Assembly (NCBI GenBank): GCA_032718475.1
Contig: JAUCBJ010008293.1
Span: 2,162 to 66,161, forward strand
Direction of reading: 5' to 3'
Length of the DNA: 64,000 bases
Source: Nemertoderma westbladi
Taxonomy: Eukaryota > Animalia > Xenacoelomorpha
Below the pieces are notes generated by a model. It was not told the origin of the DNA. It ran no database searches and saw only the letters and a list, made by a program, of their open reading frames with translations. Made by a program: the position numbers and the translations under genes. The stretch's first letter is position 1; each line of letters opens with the position of its first letter. Positions 63,631 to 64,000 of this stretch are shown one piece after another.

Positions 63631-64000
63631 CCTTTGAATATTAACTTAATTATTTGTCATTAAATATACATTATAAATTTTATTCTTAAATTGTTATCTT
63701 TGAATTGGAACTTCTCAAATTTAATCACAATGGTTCAAAGAGCATCGAAGTAGAAAAGGTTTGCAAGTACTGTATTTAGTGCAAAATCTAATCACACCTC
63801 AAAAGTTATTGTAACTTTTTAGTGTTGTGTGCACGGTGTACATCAAAACAGAATTCAATATCCAATATTAGTTTATGTAGTTAAGCGGCTCTCTAGTTAC
63901 GTTATAAATATTCGAGAACACTAAATTATTGTAACATTGAGTAAGGCTGCATCAGGAGTTGAATTGTACAATAATGTTAGTTGCAGTAAACATGGAAGCA

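Overview
This is AT-rich eukaryotic DNA, probably from an invertebrate animal, and most of it is repeats. Two spliced host genes can be reconstructed on the minus strand: a TTLL10-like tubulin glycylase (2 exons, about 459 aa) and a LUC7L3-like U1-associated splicing factor (4 exons, 326 aa). The rest comprises six satellite or minisatellite arrays (26, 19, 21, 24, 57/64 and 21 bp units), many nested non-autonomous DNA transposons with readable TIRs and TSDs (Mutator-, P-, Kolobok-, mariner-, hAT- and Helentron/HINE-like), tRNA-derived SINEs, three RTE-group LINE fragments, Penelope remnants, a decayed CR1/L2-type RT, a rearranged Gypsy element and a near-intact CRE-clade retrotransposon with a 15-bp TSD. 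Most long ORFs in the supplied track are artefacts of tandem repeats. The most notable signals are (1) a Pol III tRNA-like head fused directly to an apparently intact minimal hammerhead ribozyme and enclosed by an inverted repeat, with four more hammerhead motifs elsewhere; (2) a ~24-copy tandem array made from the last codons, stop codon and a 5'-splice-site-like motif of the LUC7L3 gene itself; and (3) an unexplained GC-rich segment with GNRA-capped hairpins at 57.9-58.1 kb. All family assignments come from motif recognition by eye; no database search was run.
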